Below, piece by piece: positions 8,384 through 18,620 of a stretch of DNA of 64,000 nucleotides. A model generated the notes under the pieces. That model was not told where the DNA came from. It did no database searches and was given only the letters and a program-made list of their open reading frames with translations. Positions within the stretch are counted from its first letter, which is position 1; each line of letters starts with the position of its first letter. Source of the stretch: Candidatus Helarchaeota archaeon (GTDB lineage: Archaea > Asgardarchaeota > Lokiarchaeia > Helarchaeales > RDOG01); contig JAHPZH010000001.1 of the NCBI GenBank assembly GCA_019058315.1, positions 663,536-727,535 of the forward strand. Direction: 5' to 3'. A program made the position numbers and the translations under genes.

Positions 8384-10195
8384 ATGAAAAAGCAAACCAC
8401 AGCAATATTATTGATATGTATTATTGCTGGAGCTTCTGGATTTACTTTTGCATACATTTACATGACACAACAAGAAGGAATGGATCTTACATTGTTATTT
8501 TTGGTTATGATACCTCCAAAGATCAATACAGAGCCAGTTGTATTTATCTCTAAATGGGACACAACAAAAACAAGTTCGGGTTCAAGCGCAGTCGATCAGG
8601 TTAAATTGCCTTTGGTATCATTAGGAGATTATGATTTTACGGTTTATTGGGGCGATGGTACTCAAAATACAATTACAGCTTGGAATCAAACCGAAGTAAC
8701 GCACACTTATATTCCGCAAGGTGAGTATACTATTAAAATAAAAGGGAAACTAATCGGTTGGAGATTTAATAATGGGGGAGATCGTTTAAAACTACTTGAA
8801 ATTAGTAGATGGGGTTCCATTCAATTAGGAGATTCAAGCGATTATTTCTACGGATGCAATAACTTGAATCTTACGGCTATTGATAATTTAAATTTAACCG
8901 GGACGAGTAGTCTCCAAAATGCTTTTGGTGCTTGCAATAATCTCGGTAGCACTGGAAATATGAACGGCTGGGACGTCTCCAGCGTCACCGACATGAGCGG
9001 AATGTTCGTTGATGCAGGTTATTTTAATCAAAACATCAGTAGCTGGAATGTCTCTAGCGTCACCGACATGAGTGCGATGTTCTGGGGTACAAGTTCATTT
9101 AATCAAAATATTGGTAGCTGGAATGTCTCCAGCGTTATCGACATGAGCGGGATGTTCTATGGTGCGAGTTCATTCAATCAAGACATTGGTGGCTGGAACG
9201 TCTCCAACGTCATAAACATGGCATCGATGTTCTGTACTGCGAGTTCGTTTAATCAAGACATTGGCAGTTGGGACGTTTCCAGCGTTATTGACATGAACTA
9301 TATGTTCTCTGCTGCGAGTTCATTTGCTCAAGACATCAGTAGTTGGGATGTCTCCAGCGTCACCGACATGAGCGGAATGTTTTTGGGTGCTAGTTGGTTT
9401 AATTCACCTATCGGCGGCTGGAATGTGTCCAGCGTCATAAACATGAATGCAATGTTCCAAGATGCGAGTGTGTTTAATGAAGACATCGGCGGCTGGAATG
9501 TCTCCAGCGTGACAAACATGGGATCGATGTTCCATTATGCGAGTTTTTTTGATCAAGATATTGGCAGTTGGAACGTCTCCAGCGTCACCGACATGAGCGG
9601 GATGTTCTATGGTGCGAGTTCGTTTAATCAAGACATCGGAGGCTGGAATGTCTCCAGCATCATAAACATGGGATCGATGTTTTTTGAAGCATTTTCATTT
9701 AATAAAGACATTGGCGGCTGGAATGTCTCCAGCGTCACAACCATGAATGGGATGTTCTATAATGCAATTTTATTTAATCAAAATATTAGCGGCTGGAATG
9801 TCTCCAGCGTCACAACCATGGCATCGATGTTTGCTTATGCAAGTTCTTTTAATCAATCCATTGGCAGCTGGAATGTCTCTAGCGTCATATTCATGACTGG
9901 GATGTTCAGTCAAGCGACCTCATTTAATCAGAACATCAGTAGTTGGAACATCTCCAGCGTCATAGATATGAGTAATATGTTCAATGGAGTAACTTTATCA
10001 ACAGCAAACTACGATAGTTTACTAATCGGGTGGTCGCAACTACCAGTGCAAAATAATGTACCGTTTCATGCAGGTGGTTCTACATACAGTGCAGCGCCGT
10101 CGCCCGCTGCTACTGGAAGAGAACACCTCACTAACTCCACTAGCTCCATCCCCCCTGGTCATAATTGGCAAATTACTGACGGTGGACCAATATAG
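8384..10195 (+). CDS. DUF285/BspA-type leucine-rich-repeat surface protein with N-terminal anchor and PKD-like domain
   Basis: N-terminal TM; FISKWDT...[10 protein letters not shown]...HTY...GEYTIKI; 25-aa repeats W(D/N)[21 protein letters not shown]; cap [14 protein letters not shown]...WQITDGG. Confidence 0.9.
   Translation: MKKQTTAILLICIIAGASGFTFAYIYMTQQEGMDLTLLFLVMIPPKINTEPVVFISKWDTTKTSSGSSAVDQVKLPLVSLGDYDFTVYWGDGTQNTITAWNQTEVTHTYIPQGEYTIKIKGKLIGWRFNNGGDRLKLLEISRWGSIQLGDSSDYFYGCNNLNLTAIDNLNLTGTSSLQNAFGACNNLGSTGNMNGWDVSSVTDMSGMFVDAGYFNQNISSWNVSSVTDMSAMFWGTSSFNQNIGSWNVSSVIDMSGMFYGASSFNQDIGGWNVSNVINMASMFCTASSFNQDIGSWDVSSVIDMNYMFSAASSFAQDISSWDVSSVTDMSGMFLGASWFNSPIGGWNVSSVINMNAMFQDASVFNEDIGGWNVSSVTNMGSMFHYASFFDQDIGSWNVSSVTDMSGMFYGASSFNQDIGGWNVSSIINMGSMFFEAFSFNKDIGGWNVSSVTTMNGMFYNAILFNQNISGWNVSSVTTMASMFAYASSFNQSIGSWNVSSVIFMTGMFSQATSFNQNISSWNISSVIDMSNMFNGVTLSTANYDSLLIGWSQLPVQNNVPFHAGGSTYSAAPSPAATGREHLTNSTSSIPPGHNWQITDGGPI
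8960..9982 (+). repeat. Coding tandem repeat, 75-bp unit, 13 full copies plus one partial
   Basis: Recurrent TGG(A/G)A(T/C)GTCTCCAGCGTCA...ATGTT at 75-bp period inside the DUF285 gene. Confidence 0.92.
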
Positions 10196-10218
10196 AACGC
10201 TCCAGTTTTAAAACCAAT

Positions 10219-10239
10219 TTTTTTTCTTTTTTTTTTTTT
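10219..10239 (+). terminator. Oligo-T archaeal terminator candidate
   Basis: Long T tract about 25 nt after the DUF285 stop codon. Confidence 0.5.
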
Positions 10240-10474
10240 AATAATTTAATAATAGTATGAATTGGTTGTAGGTATTAAATAAATTGACTAGAAGACTTTT
10301 TTCTGGAAAAATAACTAAATATATAAAAAATATTAGTTCGTATTTTCATGGATTAAGTTTGATATTTCCCCACATATAAAATTTATAGCATTGGATTATT
10401 CATTAAATTTGATTCCAAATTATTGACAAGAATCAATATAAATGAAATCCTAAAAGGAATTAAAAAAATTAATA

Positions 10475-11407
10475 CTACATATGTAAAAGATGCTTATGTT
10501 TCAATCTTTTTGTGGCAGGATCTTTCAATCTTGCCTTTAATAATTTAATGATTTTTTGTTTATCTTCTTTAATATTACCAGATTCCCAATATTCGTAATT
10601 TGAATGATGGTCGTTATATACTTCACATTCTAGATCGTCATCTAAGTTTTCAATAATGGTCAATTGTTCTTTCAAAATTCCATAGGGTTCTACAATTTCA
10701 AATCTACCTTGATTGCAATCCTCCCATAGTAATGTCGTAGGCAAAATGTTGAGGGTTCTGAATCGAAATATAGTAGGACGCATTTCATTTAAAACCTTTG
10801 CTGTTTCAGTAGCATGTTCTTCAGTGTATTTTTTTCCTCCCAAACCTAATACGATATAAACAGAAATCTTTACACCAGCAGCCATGATCTTTTTTGCTGC
10901 TTTAATCATATTTTCAGGAGTTGTGCCTTTTTGCATCATCTTTAAAATTCGCCTACTGCCACTTTCAAGCCCCATATAGACAATATCAAGACCATGCTCG
11001 TGAATTTGTCGTAGCTCTTCATCACTTTTTCTTAAAATATCTAAATTTTTAGCATAACTACTGATCTGCTTGACATCTGGAAACAATTCTTTAATTTTAT
11101 CCAATACTTTTATTAATAATTCTGTAGGTGCAGAAAGTGCACTACCCCCTGCTAAAAAAACTTTGGAAACATACTCCCCATAAACTCTATGATAATATTC
11201 TAACTCTTTAAAAATTATCTCTAACGGTCGAACTCGATATCTTTGGATAATCTCATTAGTTCTAGTATTAAAATATACGCCGCAAAAACGACATCTTCCC
11301 CACCAGCATCCTTCAGTAATTCCTATTATTAGGGAATAAGCTTCTACTGGAGGTCGAATAAGTACCTTGTTTTCCAAGTCATCTGGGTTTAATCCTAATG
11401 CATGCAT
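10475..11407 (-). CDS. Radical SAM protein
   Basis: IRPPVEAYSL, CWWGRCRFC cluster motif, VFLAGG, YMGLESGS, NDHHSNY. Confidence 0.9.
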   Translation of the reverse strand: MHALGLNPDDLENKVLIRPPVEAYSLIIGITEGCWWGRCRFCGVYFNTRTNEIIQRYRVRPLEIIFKELEYYHRVYGEYVSKVFLAGGSALSAPTELLIKVLDKIKELFPDVKQISSYAKNLDILRKSDEELRQIHEHGLDIVYMGLESGSRRILKMMQKGTTPENMIKAAKKIMAAGVKISVYIVLGLGGKKYTEEHATETAKVLNEMRPTIFRFRTLNILPTTLLWEDCNQGRFEIVEPYGILKEQLTIIENLDDDLECEVYNDHHSNYEYWESGNIKEDKQKIIKLLKARLKDPATKRLKHKHLLHM

Positions 11408-11620
11408 TTGTAAAGTCCTCTAAAATTCTTACTAAATATAATAATAAATTGAAAATAGAAAAATTTAACCCATGTTAATCATATCTGGTTATAATTTTAC
11501 AACTATCATTATTTTTTATTAAGCTAGAAAATGAAAGATATAGATTTTATTAAAATTTTGAAATTTTTTTTCTAATTTATTTATCCATTTCGAAATTGCT
11601 TTTATACAATACTTTTCTTT

Positions 11621-14425
11621 TTATAAATCTCCGACCCATTGGAATTGTGTATTAATATATTTATATACATGATAAGTATTTGCAAACGGTTTTTCTAGTA
11701 AAAGTCCAATTTCAGCTTTTCCATCGTCATCAAAATCTCCTGCTACCATTTTTATTGCTGGATTTCCTAATTTTTTCCTTGATAAAGTCTTCCATTTTTT
11801 CCATTGACGTTTTTTTGGATTCCATTTAAGAAAATGAACTTCATCTGTTTGGTTATTCGAGTTAAAATAAGCAAGTTCATCTTTACCATCTCCATTAAAG
11901 TCTCCCGATACTATTTTATCAGGTTCACCATCCCACTGCCATTCAGAATAAATTTTTAAGTATCCATGTTGACTTTCTGAAGTGGGAAAAGGTTCAGCGA
12001 AGTCTAAAACTATAATTCGTTTTTCAGGGCTATTATAAATATAAACTACTTCATCTGTTCCATCACCATCAATGTCTGCTATAATTATTTTACGTGTATA
12101 CGGAATGGGAATATGAGTTGTACCCCATCTATCAATTTGTTGTGGTTGCCAACTTGTTCCTAAATATCTTTGTAAAGAACAAAAAGTATGATTTTCAACT
12201 CTCTTCACGATTTTCCTATTATTTATCTTTATTCCAAGTTTTACACGTATAACGGCAGTTACAAGGATTAAATCACAGTTTAAGTCATTTCTATGAATTT
12301 TCTTAAGTATAGATTTAAGAACTTTAGTTTTACATATCACTAATTTACCACGCTCAATTAACTGATAGTCGGCAAGCTCAGGTGAATACATCGGTGGACC
12401 GAAACGCTCCCATTTATTCTCTGCGATATTGAACTTTGCCATATCAATACAATTTTGTCTGCTTGCTATAAGTTCTATTACTCCATCTCCATCTATATCT
12501 GCACCAAAGACTTGTTCAAATCGAATAGTTTTCGGATCCCAAACAAAAGCTGATTCTTCGGAGTCTTGGACAAGTCCCATTTTGAACCATTTTTTTTGAG
12601 TTAAGTCGTAATAAATAATTGTAAAATGATGATTTCTTAATCCTGCTTGTTGAACAGCAATTTCATCACAACCATTACCATTAAAATCACCAATTATCAG
12701 ACCTTTCCCATGTGGAATAATACCTGCTTCTATATCTGTATTCCACAAACTTTTAGTGACCCAATGTCCCCAATAAATACCTTCATTGTCAGTTCGTAGA
12801 ACTAAACACCAAAATGAAGGTATGTCAAGTATTTCAATTAAAGTATATAATGGATATCCATCATCAAACCTTATAGACCTTACTCGACCAGCTGGATGAA
12901 AACCTTTATGTGCTTGTTTTACGGCGGCAAATGCATCGAGAAAACCATAACCAAACAATAGACTATGACCATCCTCATCAGCAGTTATTTCGTATTTAGG
13001 AGAACGACGAGCTGTTCTTCGGATAATTTCTGCAATTTCTCTAGAAGAATAATTGCCTTGTTTCAGAATAAGCGCAGCTGTGCCAGATACTATGGCAGCA
13101 GCGACAGAAGTACCCCCATGACCATAACGGACTTCGGTAGTTGGGTTACCCTCTTTGTCTATAACACTCCATGCCCCATCTGGAACAGAAATATCAAGAC
13201 CAATCCCAATTTTACCAATAGGTTCTTCTAAATCTCGATTAGCAAGTCCAACAGCAAAAGTTGTTGGATTTCGGGCGATAGGTGTAATAGGTCGTTCTCC
13301 TGATGGACAATTTCCTGAGCTAACCGACCAAAAAACCCCTTTATTAATGTGAGAATACCAATTCATCCAATTAAACCAGCCACGCACATCCCTACTCTCT
13401 AACACTTCGTCAAAAGGAGGATGAAATGAATAATTTACTATACGCACCTTAGATTCGACTATTTGAACAAAAATATCAATCCAAGTTTTTCTCCCTAAGA
13501 CAAAATCAGTTTCTCCATCAATGATAATACTTCCAGTTAAACGCATAGGTGTAATACTCGTTCCTGAGCTGACACCATGAGGATATCCACTATTACTAGT
13601 TTCTTTGTTGCCGATTACACTACTCAACTCTGTTCCATGAGTATTATCATCTGGTGGATTCATTGGATCATTATCTCTCCTAACACTATCATATGCATAA
13701 TCAAAAGAAAAATTAATTTCAGGATGATTAAAGAAACCTTGGTCAATTACTATAACGCCATGTCCAGATGTTCCAAACTCCCAAGCTCTTTCAACATAAC
13801 TAAGTTGAAATATAGGAGTAGAAGGACCATCAGGATGAATACAGTCTGAAAGCATGGTTGTAAATTGTGACCCCGAATCTTTGGACGGTCTTTGGAGAAG
13901 ACAGTGGAAGTCTGGAGTAGCACACAATATTTCATCTTTATCCTTAAATGCTTTTGCGATTTTTAGTGATTTGTATTCTTCCCCTATAGGCATTCTAATT
14001 TGGAAAATAGGTAATTTCGGATATTTTTTAACAATCTTACCTTTAAATTTCTCTATTATTGAATGACATTTATCTTCAGTAATTTCTTGTCTAAAAAGTA
14101 AAAAGATATCACCAGTTGGAAAAATCAATGGATGAGAAAAATTTCCCGTTGGAGAATAAGCTTGAAGCGAATTCATTATAAGTCTTTGATTTTTCAATTC
14201 CTCAATAAATTTTAGATTTTTACCTCCTCTTAATATATCATTTTTCGATTTTGATAAATTTTTTGAATGTAAAATCAAAATCTTTTTTTCTGGGATTTCA
14301 ATCATTTTTACCCCATTTGGTTCAAATTTCTGATAAATTTCTCTTACTTTTTTAAATTTTTCGTCACTATCTAATTGACAGAGAATAATTTCTTTAACCT
14401 GGCGAAATTCAAAAAAATTATCCAT
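11621..14425 (-). CDS. S8 subtilisin-like serine peptidase with C-terminal FG-GAP/VCBS repeats
   Basis: Triad motifs VIVIDQG, THGT, GGTSVAAA; oxyanion SSGN; FGYGFLDA; repeats GDFNGNGCDEIA, ADIDGDGVIELI, ADIDGDGTDEVV, GDFNGDGKDELA, GDFDDDGKAEIG. Confidence 0.88.
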   Translation of the reverse strand: MDNFFEFRQVKEIILCQLDSDEKFKKVREIYQKFEPNGVKMIEIPEKKILILHSKNLSKSKNDILRGGKNLKFIEELKNQRLIMNSLQAYSPTGNFSHPLIFPTGDIFLLFRQEITEDKCHSIIEKFKGKIVKKYPKLPIFQIRMPIGEEYKSLKIAKAFKDKDEILCATPDFHCLLQRPSKDSGSQFTTMLSDCIHPDGPSTPIFQLSYVERAWEFGTSGHGVIVIDQGFFNHPEINFSFDYAYDSVRRDNDPMNPPDDNTHGTELSSVIGNKETSNSGYPHGVSSGTSITPMRLTGSIIIDGETDFVLGRKTWIDIFVQIVESKVRIVNYSFHPPFDEVLESRDVRGWFNWMNWYSHINKGVFWSVSSGNCPSGERPITPIARNPTTFAVGLANRDLEEPIGKIGIGLDISVPDGAWSVIDKEGNPTTEVRYGHGGTSVAAAIVSGTAALILKQGNYSSREIAEIIRRTARRSPKYEITADEDGHSLLFGYGFLDAFAAVKQAHKGFHPAGRVRSIRFDDGYPLYTLIEILDIPSFWCLVLRTDNEGIYWGHWVTKSLWNTDIEAGIIPHGKGLIIGDFNGNGCDEIAVQQAGLRNHHFTIIYYDLTQKKWFKMGLVQDSEESAFVWDPKTIRFEQVFGADIDGDGVIELIASRQNCIDMAKFNIAENKWERFGPPMYSPELADYQLIERGKLVICKTKVLKSILKKIHRNDLNCDLILVTAVIRVKLGIKINNRKIVKRVENHTFCSLQRYLGTSWQPQQIDRWGTTHIPIPYTRKIIIADIDGDGTDEVVYIYNSPEKRIIVLDFAEPFPTSESQHGYLKIYSEWQWDGEPDKIVSGDFNGDGKDELAYFNSNNQTDEVHFLKWNPKKRQWKKWKTLSRKKLGNPAIKMVAGDFDDDGKAEIGLLLEKPFANTYHVYKYINTQFQWVGDL

Positions 14426-14670
14426 ATTTTTACCTCCTGCGATTCTATTACTAATCCATGATGATTATAAATCGCTAATTATTTTAAAATTAATATAAAT
14501 TTTTATAAATAGTTTAAACCTTTTGAATTTATAAGACAATTTTTGCATAAGATACTAGTTTGGAGAAAATTCTAAATGAAATTTCAAATATTAATTAAGA
14601 TAACACAAGGAAATACATAGGATTAGAAGTAATATTATAATGAATTGAAAAAAGCAAAAGTCAAGCTAAT

Positions 14671-15354
14671 CTATTTTTCTTTATTAAGGCTTTCAACATA
14701 TTTTTTATATTGAGATGAAAAAGAAGTATGCATATTAAAAGCTTGACTTACTATGTTTTTACTATCTTTACTAAGAAGAAAAGCAATCCAATTTAATATG
14801 TGGTTTTTACGAGAGTAACTTTCATTATGTCGCTCCATAACATTCTCAATAACTGCCACTGTCGCTACAACCGAACCACTTACGGCCTCTAGATAATTTT
14901 TCGCAGTTTTAGGATTGTATAGAAATAAAAATCCTGCATAGGGCACATTATATGGACCCACTTTATCTGCTTGATATGTATTATTTTTTATAAGGAAAAA
15001 TGTTGGGGAGAATATTATTTTTGAAGTATCACCATGGTAATAAGGAAATATTAACTCCTTATCATCGTTTACTTCAACAATCCAACTGGAATATATCGAT
15101 CTTCTCCCTAGCTGGATTATATTGGTTAGTGGAACCTCCAATTCCTCTCCTAACAATCCAGTTTTTTTTCTAACTGAAATCAATTCAAAATCTTTTTTAT
15201 CTTTCTTTTCATCCTGTAAAACTAATAAAACAGGTCCTGCTTTTTTATATAACAGCTTTTTCGCAATTGCATGGTCTTTAAGACCTGGAGGGATATAACC
15301 CGTTTGTTCAATGATTTTTTTTAATTGCCTTTTTTCTTCTTCTCCAAGCTCCAT
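14671..15354 (-). CDS. Hypothetical protein
   Basis: 227-aa ORF, 10 nt downstream of the RAD55-type ATPase, same strand. Confidence 0.7.
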   Translation of the reverse strand: MELGEEEKRQLKKIIEQTGYIPPGLKDHAIAKKLLYKKAGPVLLVLQDEKKDKKDFELISVRKKTGLLGEELEVPLTNIIQLGRRSIYSSWIVEVNDDKELIFPYYHGDTSKIIFSPTFFLIKNNTYQADKVGPYNVPYAGFLFLYNPKTAKNYLEAVSGSVVATVAVIENVMERHNESYSRKNHILNWIAFLLSKDSKNIVSQAFNMHTSFSSQYKKYVESLNKEK

Positions 15355-15364
15355 ATTATCACAT

Positions 15365-16273
15365 TTATTCTACTTTAATCTTTTTTTTTGATTTCTTTTT
15401 ATCTTTCTTATCTGGCTTTATAACATCTATTCCATCCAAAATATCATCAAAAGATTCAGTAATAACCTTTATCATTTTCTCAGGAACTATTAAACCTTCT
15501 TCCCTTTTAATTTTACAAGTCAACCAAATGTTACGTGACTCAGTTCCTGATAATTTACGCACTCTGAATTGTTTTATAAGTAATCCTCTTTTCATTAAAG
15601 ACGGTTCAAATCGAAAATCAATAACACCATCTGCAAAATAATTTAGAAGGCTGGAAAATATCTCGAGCTGGGGTATTCCAATATTATTTACAGCGAAAAT
15701 TTGTATTAATAGCTCTTTACATAATCTCGCACGGAGAGTTTTAATGAATTCAAGAGCCCTTTCTTGGGTATGTAATGTAGCTAATTCAGTTAATGAATCA
15801 ATAACAAGAAGACCTTGATCTGCGATATCTAATTTATTTAAAAGTGAGGAAATTGTGCTTAAAGTATTATATAAATTCTCTTTAGGCTCACATGGAATAA
15901 TATCATCTTCTACTTCCTTCCATACTTTCTCGTTTATCATATGCATTTTGAGAACAGGGCTTCCTTTATCTATCATTCTATAACTGAAGCAATCGATAAA
16001 TTTTAATTTGTTTTGTTTTAAAAATGGGATTAGATCCCAACCTAGAGGATAAAATCTCTGAATAATTGATAGTGGGGAATCATCTAGTGCTAAATATATT
16101 ACAGGCTCGCCCGCAACTAATCTCCTATAAACAATCTCACATAAAAAAGCTCCCTTGCCTGTGCCAGGTTCTCCATTAATCAAAACGAACGAATTTCTAG
16201 GTATTCCTTCGGGTATAATTATATCAACAAATTCATTACCCGTCTTTACTAGTTGTATAAAGGAAGTTGACAT
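15365..16273 (-). CDS. RAD55/KaiC-like RecA-superfamily ATPase
   Basis: KTGNEFVD...GIPRNSFVLINGEPGTGKG; LKFIDCFS; LVIDSLT; ADGVIDF; FRVRKLSG. Confidence 0.88.
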   Translation of the reverse strand: MSTSFIQLVKTGNEFVDIIIPEGIPRNSFVLINGEPGTGKGAFLCEIVYRRLVAGEPVIYLALDDSPLSIIQRFYPLGWDLIPFLKQNKLKFIDCFSYRMIDKGSPVLKMHMINEKVWKEVEDDIIPCEPKENLYNTLSTISSLLNKLDIADQGLLVIDSLTELATLHTQERALEFIKTLRARLCKELLIQIFAVNNIGIPQLEIFSSLLNYFADGVIDFRFEPSLMKRGLLIKQFRVRKLSGTESRNIWLTCKIKREEGLIVPEKMIKVITESFDDILDGIDVIKPDKKDKKKSKKKIKVE

Positions 16274-16446
16274 TTTTAATCCCAGATTTAAACTACTAAT
16301 TAAATAATAATCAAACTTTTAATATTTTTGTGTGGAGATAAACAACATAAACAAGGTTAAATGAAGTGATTGAAATTAATAATCTAATATACTTATGAGA
16401 ATTTATTTAATTGAAATGAATAAATTATATTGTTAACCAACAGGAA

Positions 16447-17556
16447 GTGAATAGAATCCAACTTAATTGGTCCATTACTGTAATAATAGGCATTATTTCA
16501 ATTATTCCGGTATGTATTGCATTTATCATAACTTTTTCGCATTATATTAAAAATAGATATCAACACAATCTATTTTTTATGTTATTATGGTTGTTTAATG
16601 TTTCCTGGTTTTTACTGAATACTTTAGCTTTCCTCTTCTTTTCGCTTTGGGATCCGTATTTATCACGAAATTTGTTGGGTGTTACAATATTTATATTTCT
16701 ACCTATAGGTCTGATGTTAATTCTAGTAATGGATTCGATTTCACGAGAATATCTTGATTATAAAAAATTGATGGTTTGGACAGCAATAGCTACTACAACA
16801 ATTATTTTTTTGTTTGATCCAAATCAATATTATATACTTAATTCAAATAATATTCTTTATTGGGAATTAACCGGAGCTCTTGAGATCTGTTTCTCATCTT
16901 TATTTTTATTTTATGCAACATTATATTTTTATTACGCTGTTAGAATTTACTTAAAAGCACCAAAAACACTAAAGAATTCAGCATATCTCAATTTAATCTC
17001 TGCTCTTATTCAAATAATAATACTACCTATCCTAATGCAATTGGTTATTGATGGTGTATTAGTACCAGGATTCGAGTTAATTGGGTTTTCAATTTTTTCA
17101 TTACTAGTTTCTATTTCATTTGGTTCTCAACCATTAGCTTTCGTACTCCCATTTAAGGTAATAAGACTAACAGTTATTGAAACAAAGGGTGGCATACGTT
17201 TATTTTCACATGATTGGGTAAAAATGGATAATATAGTAGATGAAGACCTTTTTTCCGGCATGTTACAAGCAATTAGCCGAATATTGGACGAGTCCCTTAA
17301 AAGAGGAGACATTCGTGAAATAGCTTTGGAGAATGCTGTATTAATTTTAAAAAGAAGTAAAATATTTCCAGTAGCTTGTTTATTAGTCACCTCCAAATCA
17401 ACTATAATATTAAAACAAGCTTTGAACTCATTCGCAGAGAGTTTCTTTAAAAAATATTCTCAATTCTTTGAAAATTTTAGTGAAACAAGCAATTTTAACT
17501 CTGCTATTAAATTAATACATGAACGATTTTCGTTTGTTCCTCAATATGAGAAATGA
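16447..17556 (+). CDS. 7-TM membrane protein with C-terminal longin-like cytoplasmic domain
   Basis: About 7 hydrophobic helices in aa 1-230; C-terminal LTVIETKGGIRLFSHDW...DEDLFSGMLQAISRILDESL...LKQALNSFAESFFKKY. Confidence 0.75.
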   Translation: MNRIQLNWSITVIIGIISIIPVCIAFIITFSHYIKNRYQHNLFFMLLWLFNVSWFLLNTLAFLFFSLWDPYLSRNLLGVTIFIFLPIGLMLILVMDSISREYLDYKKLMVWTAIATTTIIFLFDPNQYYILNSNNILYWELTGALEICFSSLFLFYATLYFYYAVRIYLKAPKTLKNSAYLNLISALIQIIILPILMQLVIDGVLVPGFELIGFSIFSLLVSISFGSQPLAFVLPFKVIRLTVIETKGGIRLFSHDWVKMDNIVDEDLFSGMLQAISRILDESLKRGDIREIALENAVLILKRSKIFPVACLLVTSKSTIILKQALNSFAESFFKKYSQFFENFSETSNFNSAIKLIHERFSFVPQYEK

Positions 17557-17714
17557 TTTTAATAATATTAAATTAAAAAAGTAGGTTTCTGCAATATAAA
17601 ATCCTATACTAATAAAAATTCACTTGGACTTATATATTAGTCTGTAAAAATGAATAATGGTTTGAAACCATTAATTTGTTCTATTAAAAATCATCTTACA
17701 AGGAGATTAGAGTA

Positions 17715-18617
17715 TTGGAAGAAGAAGTATATGATGTTATCATTATTGGAGCTGGACCTGCTGGATTAACTGCAGGAATTTATACTATAAGAGCTAATTT
17801 AAAAACTATAATTTTTAGTGGAAAAAGTCCTCCTAGAATAACTTTAGCACATAAAATAGAAAACTATCCTGGTTTTATAGAATCCATATCAGGAAATGAA
17901 TTATTAGATAGGATGGAAAAGCAAACCAAAGCCCTTGGTGCTATTATAAGGGATGAAGATGTTATAAGCACTTATTTAGACAGTGATGAAAAGATGGTTT
18001 CTACAAAAAATAAAGTATACAAATCAAAGGTTGTAATTATTGCAACTGGTATGGGACCTCGGAGGAAAACTCTTGTGGGTGAGGAAAATTTTGTTGGTCG
18101 TGGTTTATCATATTGTGCAACATGTGATGGGCCATTATATAGGGGAAAAAAAGTAATTCTAATGGGAAATGATGAAGAAACAGGAGAAGAGGCTTTGGAA
18201 CTTTTAGGCATGGGAGTGGATGTCTCTATTTATACCAATGGTAAAGAATTTGAAGTAGAAGAAAGTCTGATAAACCAAATAAAAGAAAGGGGAATTAAGA
18301 TTGATATGAATTCAAAAATTAAGGAAGTTTTCGGTACTCAATCAGTAAAAGGAATAATATTAGATAATGACGAAAAAGTTGAATCAGATGGAGTATTTAT
18401 TGTTTATACTATACCTTCTTCTATGTTATTACAAAATTCAGGATTAAAATTAACAGAAGATAATCGACTTGATGTAAATAATCAGATGGAAACAAATATT
18501 AATGGTGTATATGCAGCTGGAGATATTGTATGTGAAGTAAAACAAATATCAACGGCAGTAGGAACTGGTGCGATTGCAGCACAGAATGCAATTAAATATA
18601 TCAGAGGATTGAAATAA
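17715..18617 (+). CDS. trxB: Thioredoxin-disulfide reductase
   Basis: GAGPAG, IENYPG, IIATG, GLSYCATCDG, GVYAAGD; TTG start after AGGAG. Confidence 0.92.
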   Translation: MEEEVYDVIIIGAGPAGLTAGIYTIRANLKTIIFSGKSPPRITLAHKIENYPGFIESISGNELLDRMEKQTKALGAIIRDEDVISTYLDSDEKMVSTKNKVYKSKVVIIATGMGPRRKTLVGEENFVGRGLSYCATCDGPLYRGKKVILMGNDEETGEEALELLGMGVDVSIYTNGKEFEVEESLINQIKERGIKIDMNSKIKEVFGTQSVKGIILDNDEKVESDGVFIVYTIPSSMLLQNSGLKLTEDNRLDVNNQMETNINGVYAAGDIVCEVKQISTAVGTGAIAAQNAIKYIRGLK

Positions 18618-18620
18618 AAT

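Noticed and set aside
8960-9982. Regular 75-bp repeats as a CRISPR array or DGR target
   Set aside because: The repeats are in-frame coding units with no unique spacers; no cas or reverse transcriptase gene is present and variation is not adenine-specific.
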